Below are positions 37,841 through 50,460 of a stretch of DNA of 64,000 nt, in pieces. Under the pieces are notes generated by a model. That model did not search any database. It worked only from the letters and a program-made list of their open reading frames with translations, and had not been told where the DNA came from. The DNA lies in assembly GCA_010356995.1 (NCBI GenBank), contig ML996689.1, positions 1,134,691 through 1,198,690 on the forward strand, written 5' to 3'. Every line of letters begins with the position of its first letter. The first letter of the stretch is position 1. The position numbers and the translations under genes are program-made. The stretch comes from Trichodelitschia bisporula (Eukaryota).

Positions 37841-39124
37841 ATGTCCCAGACGTCGCAACTTTACCCCTTCACGGCGATTGAGCCGGCTGCTGAGGACATG
37901 CCGCGCTTTGTAAGTACTTCACTCTCACACACTCCCCCTGTTCGATTAACGAATATTCATCTAATTCATCATCAACAGACTCGCTGCAACGATATCCTCG
38001 CCCGCCTTGTTGCGAACGGAATGATTCGCAAGCCGCATCCGGCTCGCATCGCATGGGGAAATCCCGTCATCTTGAGCTTTTGCCTGCCGCCGGTGACTCC
38101 ACGCGAGCTGGGTGACACTCCTGAGATTTACGCGACGCCGGTTAAGCCCCGTCAATATCACAACAGCAAGTTTGATTACCCTGATCACTTGCGGGCGGAC
38201 CACATTGCGGAGTTCTTGTACTATGACTATCTCAAGGCCAGTGAGAGCTTCGAATTTGAGCTCCGTGAGAGCGTCAGCGGCAAGACCGGCGACAGCATCA
38301 ACGGTGGTGCCGACAAAAACATGGAGAACGCGGGCATCGTGTGCACGCGCTCTTTGCGTATGATTACGAAGTCCACGCTGCTGTCTACGGCTTACACCAC
38401 CGGCCACTGCGGCGGCGACGACGTCTTCTCCCCCCCTGTCTTCTCTCCCACCACCCCCTCCACCGGAATCTCTTCCTCCAGCCCGGCGGTTCCGACGCAC
38501 GAGCGCGATGACGCCGATGTGATCTCCATGAACGACTCGGATTGTGCGACCAACAACACAATCCGCCTCTCGCACCTCTCCAACGGCGCGTCGGACGATC
38601 TCTACACCAATGACTTCCCCGACTACCGCCGTCCCGAGATGTTCCGCCCCCACATCTCCTTTGCGGACTCCATGGATGCAGACCATTATGGCATCGTCAA
38701 CTCGCAGACAATCCCCCGTAAGCCGATTCCCGCGAGCTCGCCCATCCCGGACGAAGAGCTCGAGAAGGCTCGGGCGCTCGCTCTTGCGACGCTCACTTCG
38801 GCGGACTCGTCAAATGCTTCGACGGATTGCGTGCACGGCTGTTGCGGGAAGCGCTGCCTGGATGAGTGGTACTTTGAATCGCAGTGGGACGAGTACGAGT
38901 ACTCGCGCCGCCATGAGTTCCTCGACGATTCAGTCATCTACTTGTACCATGAGCCTCCGGTGAGCCGCTTCCGCGCCGTCGGCACGGCCGTCTCCTCCGC
39001 CGGCAAGAAAGCCAAGAAGGCTTTCAAAAATATTGCCAAGAAGGCGGGCTCTGGCAAGAAGTCCAGCGATGGCAAGAAGACGAGCGCTGGCAAGCGCAAG
39101 TGCGGCCTTTCGGCTCGCAACTAA
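37841..39124 (+). CDS. Hypothetical orphan protein, Lys-rich C-terminus
   Basis: 427-codon ORF with coding-like codon bias; probable in-frame intron 37910-37978 (GTAAGT..CTAAT..CAG); no family recognised. Confidence 0.65.
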   Translation: MSQTSQLYPFTAIEPAAEDMPRFVSTSLSHTPPVRLTNIHLIHHQQTRCNDILARLVANGMIRKPHPARIAWGNPVILSFCLPPVTPRELGDTPEIYATPVKPRQYHNSKFDYPDHLRADHIAEFLYYDYLKASESFEFELRESVSGKTGDSINGGADKNMENAGIVCTRSLRMITKSTLLSTAYTTGHCGGDDVFSPPVFSPTTPSTGISSSSPAVPTHERDDADVISMNDSDCATNNTIRLSHLSNGASDDLYTNDFPDYRRPEMFRPHISFADSMDADHYGIVNSQTIPRKPIPASSPIPDEELEKARALALATLTSADSSNASTDCVHGCCGKRCLDEWYFESQWDEYEYSRRHEFLDDSVIYLYHEPPVSRFRAVGTAVSSAGKKAKKAFKNIAKKAGSGKKSSDGKKTSAGKRKCGLSARN

Positions 39125-40198
39125 ACATTTGCGGCATCATGGATGGGAGGGCGGGATGTATACGGCGGAGCTGGATAGACTTTGTCTCGGGATTGATTTA
39201 GCGCGGAGTCACGGAGTTTCGGTTTTCTTTCTTGGCCCAAGATCCCAGCAGCTCGGCAAAAATCCCCTTGGATGAGCTCCCCTTATGGGCTGAGTCCTCA
39301 TTGGGTCGAGAAGTAGTCGCAGTTGCTGCGGTAAGTGCGCCTGATACCCTTCGCTTTGTGTTTGCCTTTCGAGGTCTGAGTGCGCACAGTACCATCATTT
39401 CTCTCGAGGTTCGTTATGACTTAGGTCGCGTCCCTCTTGAGGATGGTGGTGCTGTGTGGCACATCCCTCATAAAGCTTTCATGTGTCGGCTGGTATCTAT
39501 GTGGACTTTGTCATGGTCTCAGCACGCCAGGCCCTGCCAGGGCGTTGCTGAACCATACCACGTGATGCAGCCGCTCGGTGCCAAGCCCAGGGTCCACTGC
39601 CACCCCACACCTGCATTTCAGTTCTAGACCTTTCACGTTTCCTCTTCATAGCAGTATATTCAGTCATACACGCATTCAGTGCATTCAATGTCCCAGACGT
39701 TGCCTGTGACAATTTGGAGGATTTTATGCTTAGTACACGAGTATCGAAAAGAACGTCATAACCTCAATGATTGCATGTCACTGTGATTTGTGCACCTTAG
39801 AAACTTATACCGGTGCATGGGGTTCCATCTAGCCTCTCTTTCAATCTGTCCCAGTGCTGACTCAAGCGACACTCCGCAGCACAGGGGTAAGAGAAGCCGG
39901 ATGGCGACTAGCTTAAAGGTGATATTCGTTAAGTGAATATCAGTTGCGGATGATTTAAGCTTAACGGGAGTCTTCATTTCGTCAGCAGAGACTGCCGTTC
40001 TGCTCGGACACTTCTGAATGGAGGTTTGGATACCTCTTGTGGTGCGGGGAACGTCTTGCTGCGGGAGAGCCGTTGAAGTGGTATGTGGTCAAGGGGCTGT
40101 AGGAATCTAAAAAGGGTTGGGAGGACAAACTTTGGGAGCAGAGCTATGTTTTGGGGGTAAAGACTTACCAGTAGGCCTTCAAAAAGCAAAAGAGGAGG

Positions 40199-40270
40199 TG
40201 GTACCCGCAGGATTCGAACCGCGGGGCTTTTGCTGGTGTCATCCGAAACCATTCCTCCCTAGATCACGAT
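40199..40270 (-). pseudogene. tRNA-like remnant (B-box/T-loop plus 3' end, followed by oligo-T)
   Basis: Minus strand CCGCGGTTCGAATCCTGCGGGTACCA then CTTTTGCTTTTT; no complete cloverleaf could be folded. Confidence 0.35.
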
Positions 40271-41163
40271 TATCTACAAAAGGCTTCATATCACCCTGAG
40301 GAATTGCTCTATGGAGCAAAAAGTTAACCGTATGAGGAGGTAGACTCCCCTGGTTATGAAAACCGTCAGCTCCCACGGCCACCCAGATCTCTCCCCTGCA
40401 CACTCCAAACTTCCCCAAAAGAAGCCCACAGTACTTGATCACCATTTGCTTGCTGTTCTGCCAGCCACAGCTTTAAATCATTCAATATCACTTGAAAACC
40501 CGCGCCCACCATGGATGAGCCTGCATGTAAAATGCAATGACTTCAAGCCAAAGAAGATAAACTCGCTCAATGCCCATCAGCTTGCCTCTAGAACTACACC
40601 AGTACATCATGACCTCAGAAAATTGACTTATTACAAACACATCTCCAGTAGGTGACAATGTCCTAAAAGATCACACACGAACTCCGGTTCCTTCCAAGTT
40701 GGGACGAATGCACATGATGTAAGGCGTAGGGCTGAACCGCAGCCTGGTTGGCTGTTCGCTTATGGTTAGCAAGCGAACTTCCGATCCAACCCCACCCGCC
40801 CCACTCCGGGCGGCGGGTACCGAACTTGCAATTCTGGGCAGACTTCAATGCGCAAAGTGCCATGCATCTTATACTTCATTCCGGTCTTTCACGTTTGCCA
40901 GTCAAATCAACGGAGCTCTTATCTACAAGGCTTGAGCACCCGTAGATTAATCAATCTGCGGATATTTTCCCATGGCGATTTCAACTTAATACCTCCGCGC
41001 CACACAGTTGGTCTAATCGTTCCGTCTTGTTCAAATGCCATTACCATCAATTCCATCCGATAAATATGGCTAAAGTTAGGTCTCAGATCGTTCTTGAGCC
41101 ACTTGCATATATATGCCGTCTGTACTCGGACTGAGATCTCCGTTGATTCGCCCAGTGTTCAAC

Positions 41164-42497
41164 ATGACGACTTTTCGCTTACCTTTCCCGTTCCTGCTTT
41201 CCATCATCCTAATTGGTACATCTCATGTCTACGCTGCCGCACCGCAGTTCGACCAGGTCGGGTTCTCCAAGTTTCCCGGAGCCGGGCTCCGAGAGACCAC
41301 CGGCGGCCAAGGTGGGCGCGTCTTCAACGTAACCAGTAGCAAAGAGTTGGAAGCAGCCGTGAAGGTAATGATTCCTGCGCACATCCGATTGAAGCAATGT
41401 GAATTTAATGCTAACAGCTCATGGCAGGGTAGTGATTCAAAGACGATTTACATTCAAGGCAATATCGCTCTATCACGTGCCTTGGGAGTAGGGCCGAACA
41501 CTTCCCTCCTTGGTGTTGGCTCTGGTGCCACTATCACTCGATCTGGTATTTCGATAAAAAATGTGACGAATGTCATAGTCCGCAACTTGAAAATCAGCAA
41601 GATCCTCGGTGATGATGGGATTGAAATCAGAAACTCAACACGGGTCTGGATCGACCACAACGAGTTCGAATCTGATTGTTGCGGCGGTGGTCCCGATAAA
41701 TATGTTCGTGTGCTTCGTTTTAAGACCCATTTCTTGTAGATAAAGTTGCCGTGACTGACCCAAGGTTGTGACAATAGGATGGGCAGGTGGATATTGTCCG
41801 GGCTTCCGACTGGATCACTGTGTCTTGGAACTATTTCCACGACCACTGGAAAGTAGGTTGCGAGCTGTGTGGTACCTCTATGGGCTTTGAATTCTCATTT
41901 TGCCCCAGGCTTCTCTAGTTGGAAATTCAGACGCGCTCCGGAGCGTCGACACCGGGCATTTGCACGTCACATACCACCACAATTACTGGCGGCATGAAGG
42001 CACTCGAGGACCCGGTATGACCTCACTCCCGATTCAGATTGAAGTCTAACGATGCCACCCCGAAGCCGGTCGCTTCGGCACTCAACACGTGTACAACAAT
42101 CTCTACGTCGACTATCTCCACCAAGTCATACACTCACGCTCCGACAACCAAGTCCTTGTTGAAGGCAATGTCTTCCGGGGTAACTGCACGGAGGCACTGT
42201 CAACGTACGGACTGGTTATTCCGATGGACTCGCCGAATACGTCGGTCAATGGAGATGAGGAGATTGATGGCTATGCAAATCTAGGAGCTGGTAAGAATGC
42301 CACTCTTTGGACTCCTCCATCGCCAAACACAAAGCACATACTGACCACGTACAGTAAATGACTGGGGCACTTGCAAGACAAATATCACCCGGGTTGGCAC
42401 GTTTACAAAGGCGCCATACCCGTACACTTTAACTCCTTTGGCAGAGGTAGAGCAGTTGGTGAAGGCGGGAGCAGGCATTGGAAAGCTCCAGTTTTGA
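41164..42497 (+). CDS. Secreted pectate lyase, polysaccharide lyase family 1
   Basis: Signal peptide; TTGGQGG, NVIVRNLKI, GDDGI, VWIDHNEF, DGQVDIVRASDWITVSWNYFHDHWKASLVG, VTYHHNYW, RGPAGRFG; five introns (41365-41428, 41704-41777, 41853-41908, 42015-42065, 42291-42354). Confidence 0.95.
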
Positions 42498-43188
42498 ATA
42501 GGCCGAACAAGGAAGGCGGACCTGTACATCATCACAATGAATATATTAGCATCCACAGTTTGTCTGCGCCCAATTGTTAAAGTGAATGAAAGGGAAATGT
42601 GCTTTGCTTGTATCCAACCGTCCCTCTCCGCGTTACGGGAAGCCTCCACAAAGGTCATGCAATTTGCAAAGCTTCATCGCTATATAATGGCCTCCTCCCT
42701 GTGAGAATGAGCCGGCATGAGAGAGGCACCGAGCCTCCGTATAGAAAGCCTCGTGGAATCTATGAATTCGGCTATATATACACTTCTTCTCACCAAATGC
42801 CTCTCGCTTCGGGAGTGAAGCACATCGATATATTCCTCGAATATCAAGGTCAGTAACGACATGAGATGCCGGCGCCATATACCTCAGCCCCCTTCACCAG
42901 CCTCATCTCATCTGCTCGCTCCGCGCGGTGCTGTTTGTTTTCTTCTTCTGTTTGGTTCCACGCCGCACTGTTATGCCCACAATATGGCCTCGGAGTACTT
43001 CTATTGCAAGGAAACAGGACTCGTACGGTATCCATATGCTTCCACTGAAGCCCGCCGAGGCCCAACAGAGCACTGATCATGCGTTGGTAGCAAACATGGT
43101 CCCTTTAAAAGAGAGCTGGCGATCTTCTTCCTCTTCTTTTCTTCTTCCCCAGTGCATCACCACAGCTGCCTCTTTCTCTCTGTCTTGA

Positions 43189-45389
43189 ATGCTCATAACG
43201 CGTCATAACGTTATTCCCATTGCATCTTCAGAGACTTCTCATCATCTACATCCCTCTTCATCATCGGTAAGTACTCAAGTATCATCTCTCATTAAAGCGA
43301 CCATCCATCTCGTGTTGACTCTTCCTACGTCTGGAGTTCGAGACGAGTCTTACACGGTTGCTCTCGCTTGACCTCAACACTCATCCACATTGACAAGCAA
43401 GGAACTAACTGTGGACAGACATCTTCTTCGGTTCCTCGGGTCACGGAACATACCGATAACATGGACGCTTCGTCACCGATCGTCCGCCCCCCCTTTGCCG
43501 ACTTCTTCGGCATCCCGCTCAGCAGTGGGGCCGACCCCGACACATCGGCTCTCACTCTGGGCGCCGTCGACGGCTTCTCATCTCTCTTCGAGGAGATGGA
43601 GAATTTCGTCACGGCAGATCAGTCGGACAATCCGGCTGGTCGCTCCTCCGAGAGCCTCCCTTCCCAGCCGACAGCCGATGGCGCCACTGGTTCGCTGGTG
43701 GTAGAGGAGTCCGTCAATGGCGGCGTCGCGCTTGCCGTGGATGCCGACCAGTACGAAAAGTCGCGCCATCGCTGGTCTTGGTACTTCACCCAGCAATGGG
43801 AGGGGTACAAGGCCCAGCGGTCCGACGAGGTTGATGTCCCGTTTGGGCTCAAGCTCGTTGGCGGCCGTCTGGTCCTTGACAAGCAGCGGAAGCGCTTCCG
43901 CGACATCGTTAAGAAGTTTGCGTCGAGGCTCGTCAAGAAGCTTCGGCAGAAGCAACCTGCCAGTGTCGCCAACCTCGCGGTTGACGATACGCAGGCTGTG
44001 GATGAAGCCGACGCCGCTAGCGACGTCACCTGGGAAGGGGACCTCAGCATCGGAGGAGAGGTCACTCCGCCAGCGCGCCGTACCAACAGGCACCCCACTC
44101 GTGGCACCTCTGTCCGTTTCTACGGGCAGTTGTTCCGCGAGTACGAGATGGAACTCGCCGCGACTCCGGTGGCTGGCTTTGAGATACCTCTCGACGACGC
44201 CTCCATTGCGGACAGCGAGGGGTCGGTACCAGCTTGGTATGGGCACGAGGGCATGGAGGAGGCCCAGCAGGTTGCACAGGAAGACCTATGGCTCAACCGG
44301 ATGAGGACGCGGTCGATTGCGAGCAACGAGTGCTCGGCTCCCGCGCCGCTCCCGGGCCAGGTCTGGCTCACCGACGAGGAGATTCCCGTCGAGGAGGACA
44401 TTGTGCAGTCTGCCGGAGGCAATGCCTCCAAGCTTCCTCGTGTCCGTGGGGCTTTCAAGAAGCTCGCCCACGCTGCTCAGGTGGCTAGGGCGAAGGTGTC
44501 TCGCTTCCCTGGGAAGCTGTTCTCGAAGGTGCATGGCCGAGGTTCTGGTGACGGAGCCAAGGTCGTCACCATTACTCGCGAGCAACTCAAGCACTACCGC
44601 CCTGCGGACAATGAGGAAGCTCAACAAATCGCAGCGGAATTCCTGGAGGATATGGGGGCTCCGGCCACCCTGGCCTTCACGTCATCCTCGGAAACCGCCT
44701 GCGATGAGCCGGAGGGGATGGAACTGGCGGCGGACTCTGAGTCCGAGGTGGATGTCGGCATGGGCGACATCCGGGAGCATGCACCGGGCTCGTTCCCGAT
44801 GCCTCTGCGCCCGGGTGAAATCCCAGCCTTCATCTTACCACGTCGGGAGCTAGAGCGCCTCAATCGCTTTATGCGTTTTGAGAGCGGGCGGGAGTGCCTT
44901 CGTCGTGCTTACCAAGGCGGCGATACTCCCACCCACGCTCGCGTGGCCTCGATATCCGCCGGTTCCGCTCCGCAGCCGGAGCTCAATCCCGGCCAATCGG
45001 TGAGGCGGATCCTCCGCTTCGCCAACGAGGTGACCTCGCCCACCGTGGCTGAGCCCTCGGGCCGTCGGTACGAGCCTCCAACTGTGGAGGACTTGGAGGA
45101 GGAGTCCGTGCAAGAGCACCAGCTCAAGCCGGACTCGGAGCCCACTCTCCCCACGGACGCCTCGCTCAACGCGTGCGCTCGCTTCGGCGAGTTCCCCTAC
45201 ATGATGGACTCGGGGATTCGCACCGAATGGGAAGAGGAGTCCACCGACTCCCCGGGATCCTACTGGGACTCGAGCTCTCCGGAGCATTGGAGGGAGGGTC
45301 TCGGGCCCCACGTCGCCTTCCCCGGTCGCCAGCCGGAGGAAGAGGCCCAGCTTGAGACTGACGAGGACCTTGATGCCCTCTTCTTCTAG
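43189..45389 (+). CDS. Hypothetical acidic orphan protein (~640-680 aa)
   Basis: Long ORF 43368..45389; intron 43267-43418 joins ATG 43189 in frame (alternative start ATG 43461); no family recognised. Confidence 0.65.
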
Positions 45390-46449
45390 GCCAGTACCAC
45401 TTAACTCATCGGGTGGCAAGATGCTAGGACGTGGCCTTAGGGGGCGACCAGGCTTTCGAGTTCCTGGTGGTGTGGTACTGGGGGAGGAATAGTACGGAGC
45501 CTTCGGGCTGCTGTGCAGTTCCTTCCCAGTGTCTGGGGTGCGACATTTCAAGGACAGTTGAACACGCGAGAATGGTGAGTTCTTGCTCTGTAACTCATTG
45601 GGCGGTGGTGAGCTAACTGGTTCAGGCAAAAATGACAGATACCACGAAAGAAACCACGACAGAAGATAGACGGAGGGATGGGCCGGCTCGTGCTCCCCAT
45701 GGGTAGTCCTGGGCCTTGATGTTTGTTGGAGGGCAACTGGCCTGTACGCGGCGCTCACGTCGACTTACAGGTTTCATCCTGGGAACAGACATCCAGGTGC
45801 CATCGGGCTGTCCATCTAGGGAGTGGGAGGCCTTCACTCCAGGTTTGCGCAATAGACCACTTGGTCAACTTCTCTGTGCGATTTCTTCGGGTTTCACTTC
45901 TCTGGGATAGATCTCTTTGGGAATACTTCTTTGTGTGCTGCTTTCATGGGGTTTGGCGTTTGGCGTTACGGAGTTCGGAGTTCGGCGTTCGGCGTTTTGA
46001 TTTTATCTGTATGGGTCTGCTTCTTTTGCTTTCCGCTGACGAGTTCGCCTTGTGCGGGCCGTTGAAGGAGAACGTTAGTGGACTTCAGCGTCATGATGCT
46101 TGCGGGACCACGGTTACATGTTGCGACTTGATGGGATCGTGGGGATGCCAAGCTGGCGGTCCCTCCTTCCCGGGCCCGCATAAACGCACAGATGGTGACG
46201 TCACAGGCTAAGGGTGCTCGATTATGTGATATCAATGCCGTAGGGGAGAGTGAGAAGGAGCTCGGTGACACTCTGCACAGTATTATGAACTAACGAACCC
46301 TTTCAAACTCATGGATTCCATCTAGCTATCAACGGAGAAGATACACCCTCCCGCTCCGCCGTCCCGCAAGCTTAAGAACTCTCCGATCCAGCTTCTATTC
46401 CCAAGGGCAAGCGCCCAAATCCCCTCACTTCCTCCATTTTACATCTTCA

Positions 46450-48250
46450 CTATCCAATTCGTCTCTGAGCCTGCCTCCTCGGCCCACCAAACAACTCCTT
46501 ATTCGTAACCGCACTAGCATTGTTCCCCTTCACCCCCCCCTGCGGCTGCGGAATATGGGACTGCGTAGTAAACGGCGTCCGCTCCGTCAGACTATCAATC
46601 CTGCCCAGCAAATACTCCATCTGACGATACGCCGCACTGGGCGCATACTGCGGCACCATATGCCCAGACAGGAAAACCTCAACCCACGTCAACCCGCGCT
46701 CAGTATGCACAATACCCATCTCCCCCGCCGCCGCAATACTCCCCAAATTGAGCTCCTCATGATACGGCACGAAAAAGTCCGCACTGGGCTCGCGCTGGAA
46801 GCCCTGCTTGCCATTCCAGGTCATGTTCTGGATGCTCAACAAGCTCCCCTTGGGCAAGAGAACATAGTCCAGACTGCCGTGGGAAATAATCGTGCGCCGC
46901 GACTTCTCGATGACCCGCGGCAGCACCGTCCAGCTGCTCGGCGCGCTGCTGTCCCGGTCCAGCGCCGTGTCCGAGCACTCGGCCCACGGCTGGATCGGGG
47001 CGTTGATAGCGCGCTGCACCTCGCTGCGGTTGAAGTAGATCTCCGCGCCGGGGGGGAGGTACGTGAAGGAGCCCGGGAAGCCAAGGACATCCCAGAGGAG
47101 CGGGCAGGTTGTGGCGATGGCGTAGATATCGAAGCAGGGGTTTGTGAGGGTCACGGCTTGCTTGATGTCGCCCCAGATGCGGCACTCGCGGCGGCGGAAG
47201 GGAGATGTGACTGCTGGGAGCTTGCTCGGCGGTGGGTAGGTTAGGTAGGTCTTCAGGTAGTTTGTGTAGCCGCAGGCGTCGGCTCGGGCGTCGAGCTGCG
47301 CTAGGTAGGTGTCATTGAGGGAGAATAGGGCGTCGTATTGGTGAACGAAGTCGACGGAGGGCACCTCGGCCATAATTTCGTCGCCGCTGATACTCGGACT
47401 AGAAGCGTTAGCTTGAGCGAGCAGCTTAGGCGGCATACATACTCGTAAATCATGGTCCCATAAACATCATAATAGGTCTTGTCATTGGCACTGAACATCG
47501 CATCCGCGATGTACGGCACGTACATCCCCGCATAGCTCTCGCCGGCGATGTAAATCTTCTTGTTCTTGAGGCCAAACGTGTCAACAAAGTTCTTGAAGAA
47601 GCTCAAAAAGCTTTTGGCCATCTCTTCTTCACTGCTTTCCGTGCTTTGGCCTTGCGAGAAGCCAGTGCCAACGGGCTGCTCAACCCAGAGCATGTTGGTA
47701 AGATTCACCCATGTCCATGGGTTCTTGACCGGCTTGAAGGTGCCGTACTGCCATAGGAAAGGCCCATTTTCTTGCAAGAAGCCTTCGAGGGACGAGCATC
47801 CCGGACCGCCCTGTCTGTGTCAACCGTGCCCACCAGAAGTGCCAAAACTCTCACATTCAACCAAATCGTCAAATCATCCTTCCCCTCCGGATTCGCCGTC
47901 GGAAAGAACCAGAAATACAAGCTCGCGTTCCTCGTCCCCAGCGGCATCAGCCCGGCATACGACTCGCCAATGTCAAAGTCCACGTCCGGAATTTTCGTTC
48001 CATCGACCGCGTACTCTGCCAGGATCAGCAACCGCTAAACAACCAGCGCAAGCTCCTCACTCATCGTATTAGCGTTCTGCGGAATCAACTTCGTCACGTT
48101 CCGTTGCACCACCGGCCGCGCCTGCTCCACCGCCCTCGCGACCGGCATCCGCACGTCCATCCGTTCCGCCGCACGCCGGCCCGCATGTCGCGGATCGCGC
48201 GCCGCCGCGACTGCCACGCAGGCCAAAAGAGAGACTACGGTAAAATGCAT
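46450..48250 (-). CDS. Secreted serine carboxypeptidase (peptidase S10)
   Basis: Signal peptide [58 protein letters not shown]; three introns. Confidence 0.95.
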
Positions 48251-49066
48251 CCCAAGCGAGCGACAAGATGCAGTAGCAAAAGAAGACTCAACAACGACCA
48301 AAAACAGCAGCAGGCGACGTCTCGAGCTCCCGCCGGTGAAACAAAGCAGCTTGGACCTTTTTTTAATATGCCGGTCAATTAGACCCACCTAATGAATTCG
48401 CATCTGTGCCCAGGTACACAAGCAGCGGCGCAAACGCGGCGGGCGCGGCGAGGATCAACTTCCTGGTAGGGCGGGGCCTGGAATGCGCGGCGGGCCGGAA
48501 TTCTAGCGTTGCTATGGGGAAAGTATGGACCGCGTAGACGATATCGGTGTGTCGATGCGGTGCGCATAGTGAGTCCTCGGCATGATCGAGTGCATTGACC
48601 AAGGGACTGGTTCTAGGGCTCGGGCTGGGCTGGGGCATTAAGAACCGCTACAGTTGGCAGAGTAATATGAGTGACAATGCGGATTGGCGCAGCGCTGAAT
48701 TTCCGATCCACGTAAATGCGATAAGGCCTTGGTGGAGTCTGGCATGCTTTGCTCCAGCCCTGTCATCTGTGGGTTAGGATGGCCGGTGTTGATGTCACGG
48801 AGCGTGGAAGCATATGGCAGTGTGCCGCAGGGCCAGAGGTACTACTTCGCGAGAATTATTCGTTACGACTCCTAGATTGTCTACCGTAAAAGCTTCTTCG
48901 AGCGCTTTGTGAGCTGCATGCATTACTATTGCACTCCCCCGGTTGGAAACCGCGCGAGAAGGTCACAACTGCCGACACATATACTCAGCAAATACTCTGT
49001 GTAGGGAACGAACGGTGCACGTACCTTGAAGTTGATCGATCCAGTAAAAATCCTTTCACCGGTACA

Positions 49067-50460
49067 TTACTCCTCCATCTTCATAGACCCGTAGGATTGA
49101 CTATGATGAGGTTCCAGCAGTTTGGCGATCTCCGAAGGCTGCGCCGCCTTGGGCTCCTCAAGATCAATGTATTTGAAAACACCACTATTGGCCATATCTC
49201 TATACCGTGGATCCCACATCAAGCAGTCCGACACGGTAAAGGCCAACCTGCGGCCAGCCAAACTACGACTTTGAAGCATTTGCTGGACATTGTGCTGGCT
49301 GGCGTTTGCGTGATTTGTAGCGCCTGGACCTTCGACAGACGCTGCAACTGGAAACTCAAACTTAGGGCAGCCCACTTGGTAGAAGGCCTCAACTTGCTCC
49401 TCATTAGGAGCACCCATGAGTGCCTCAATCAAGGCAAGCTGGCCAAATTCGGTGCTTCCCGCGAAGAAAACTTCACCCAGTAGCAATTCGCTGATTATAG
49501 CTCCCGCAGACCAGATGTCGACTGCTGTAGAATAATGGTTTGCTCCCAGGAGGAGTTCGGGAGCTCGGTACCAGATAGTTCCAACCCGGGGTGTAAGAGG
49601 TCGGACAGATCTGGCAGATCCATAACCATCGTAGTAACGTGCACGCGTATACTCTCGCACCATACCGAAGTCAGCTACGTAGAGTCAATGGCTGTTTGAA
49701 GTTGCTGTTCTCGTTCATACCGATTTTGATGATACCCTCAGCATCGAGGAGTATGTTGTCCGGCTTGAGGTCACTAAAGTCTCAGCCAACAGCTTACGTC
49801 TGCAAGATATTGTTACCGATGTACGAATGACTTCTCGAGAGGTAATTTCAGGCCTCGAAAGATCTGCAGCATGATTCCCCTTAACTATTGAAAAGAATCA
49901 GTCCTCTATTCGAACATGACATGAAGTTGGCCTACCTTGCGCCACTGAAGGAATTCCAACTTTACCGCGGGTTTGATCAATCACCCAAGCCAGATCCTAC
50001 ATTCAGTAAGCAGAGGCATAATCCACACGAGACTAGCCGCGAACCTTGTTGCAATACTCCATGACCAGAAAAGCCTCAACAAAACTGTTTTCCTCAACAG
50101 TGAAATCGAGCATCTCAACGATGTTTCGATGTTTGAGCTCGCGGAGAAATGAGAGCTCTCGAATGGCACTAATTGACACAGTCCCGAGTCCATGTTGATC
50201 TTCTCGTTCCGAGATATCAGCCGGGATTACGAGTTGAAGGCGCTTGAGAGCGACTGCTCTCCTACGTCTTTTGTCGAAGAGATATTGGACCTTGTCAGAT
50301 GGGCTGTAGATCGGTTCCGTAGGCTCCTTGAAATGAGAGAGCGGCACGCAGTTACCTGCAAAAAAATCATCACCAAATCCTCCGTTCCTTTACATGGGGA
50401 TGATTCTAACCTACGAACCAAACATCAGGCACGGAATGCAATTCGCCAGCGGTTAATTCT
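49067..50460 (-). pseudogene. Divergent CDK10/11-like Ser/Thr kinase; possible pseudogene or pseudokinase
   Basis: VALKRL, ISAIRELSFL, VMEYC, HRDLKPDNILL, ADFG, TIWYRAPELLLG, DIWSAG over ~6 exons; no GxGxxG loop, apparent +1 frameshift at 49877-49880, no clear ATG. Confidence 0.6.

Noticed and set aside
39688..39701. 13-bp match ATGTCCCAGACGT to the start of gene 37841
   Set aside because: Too short with no flanking similarity; probably chance, not a target-site duplication.
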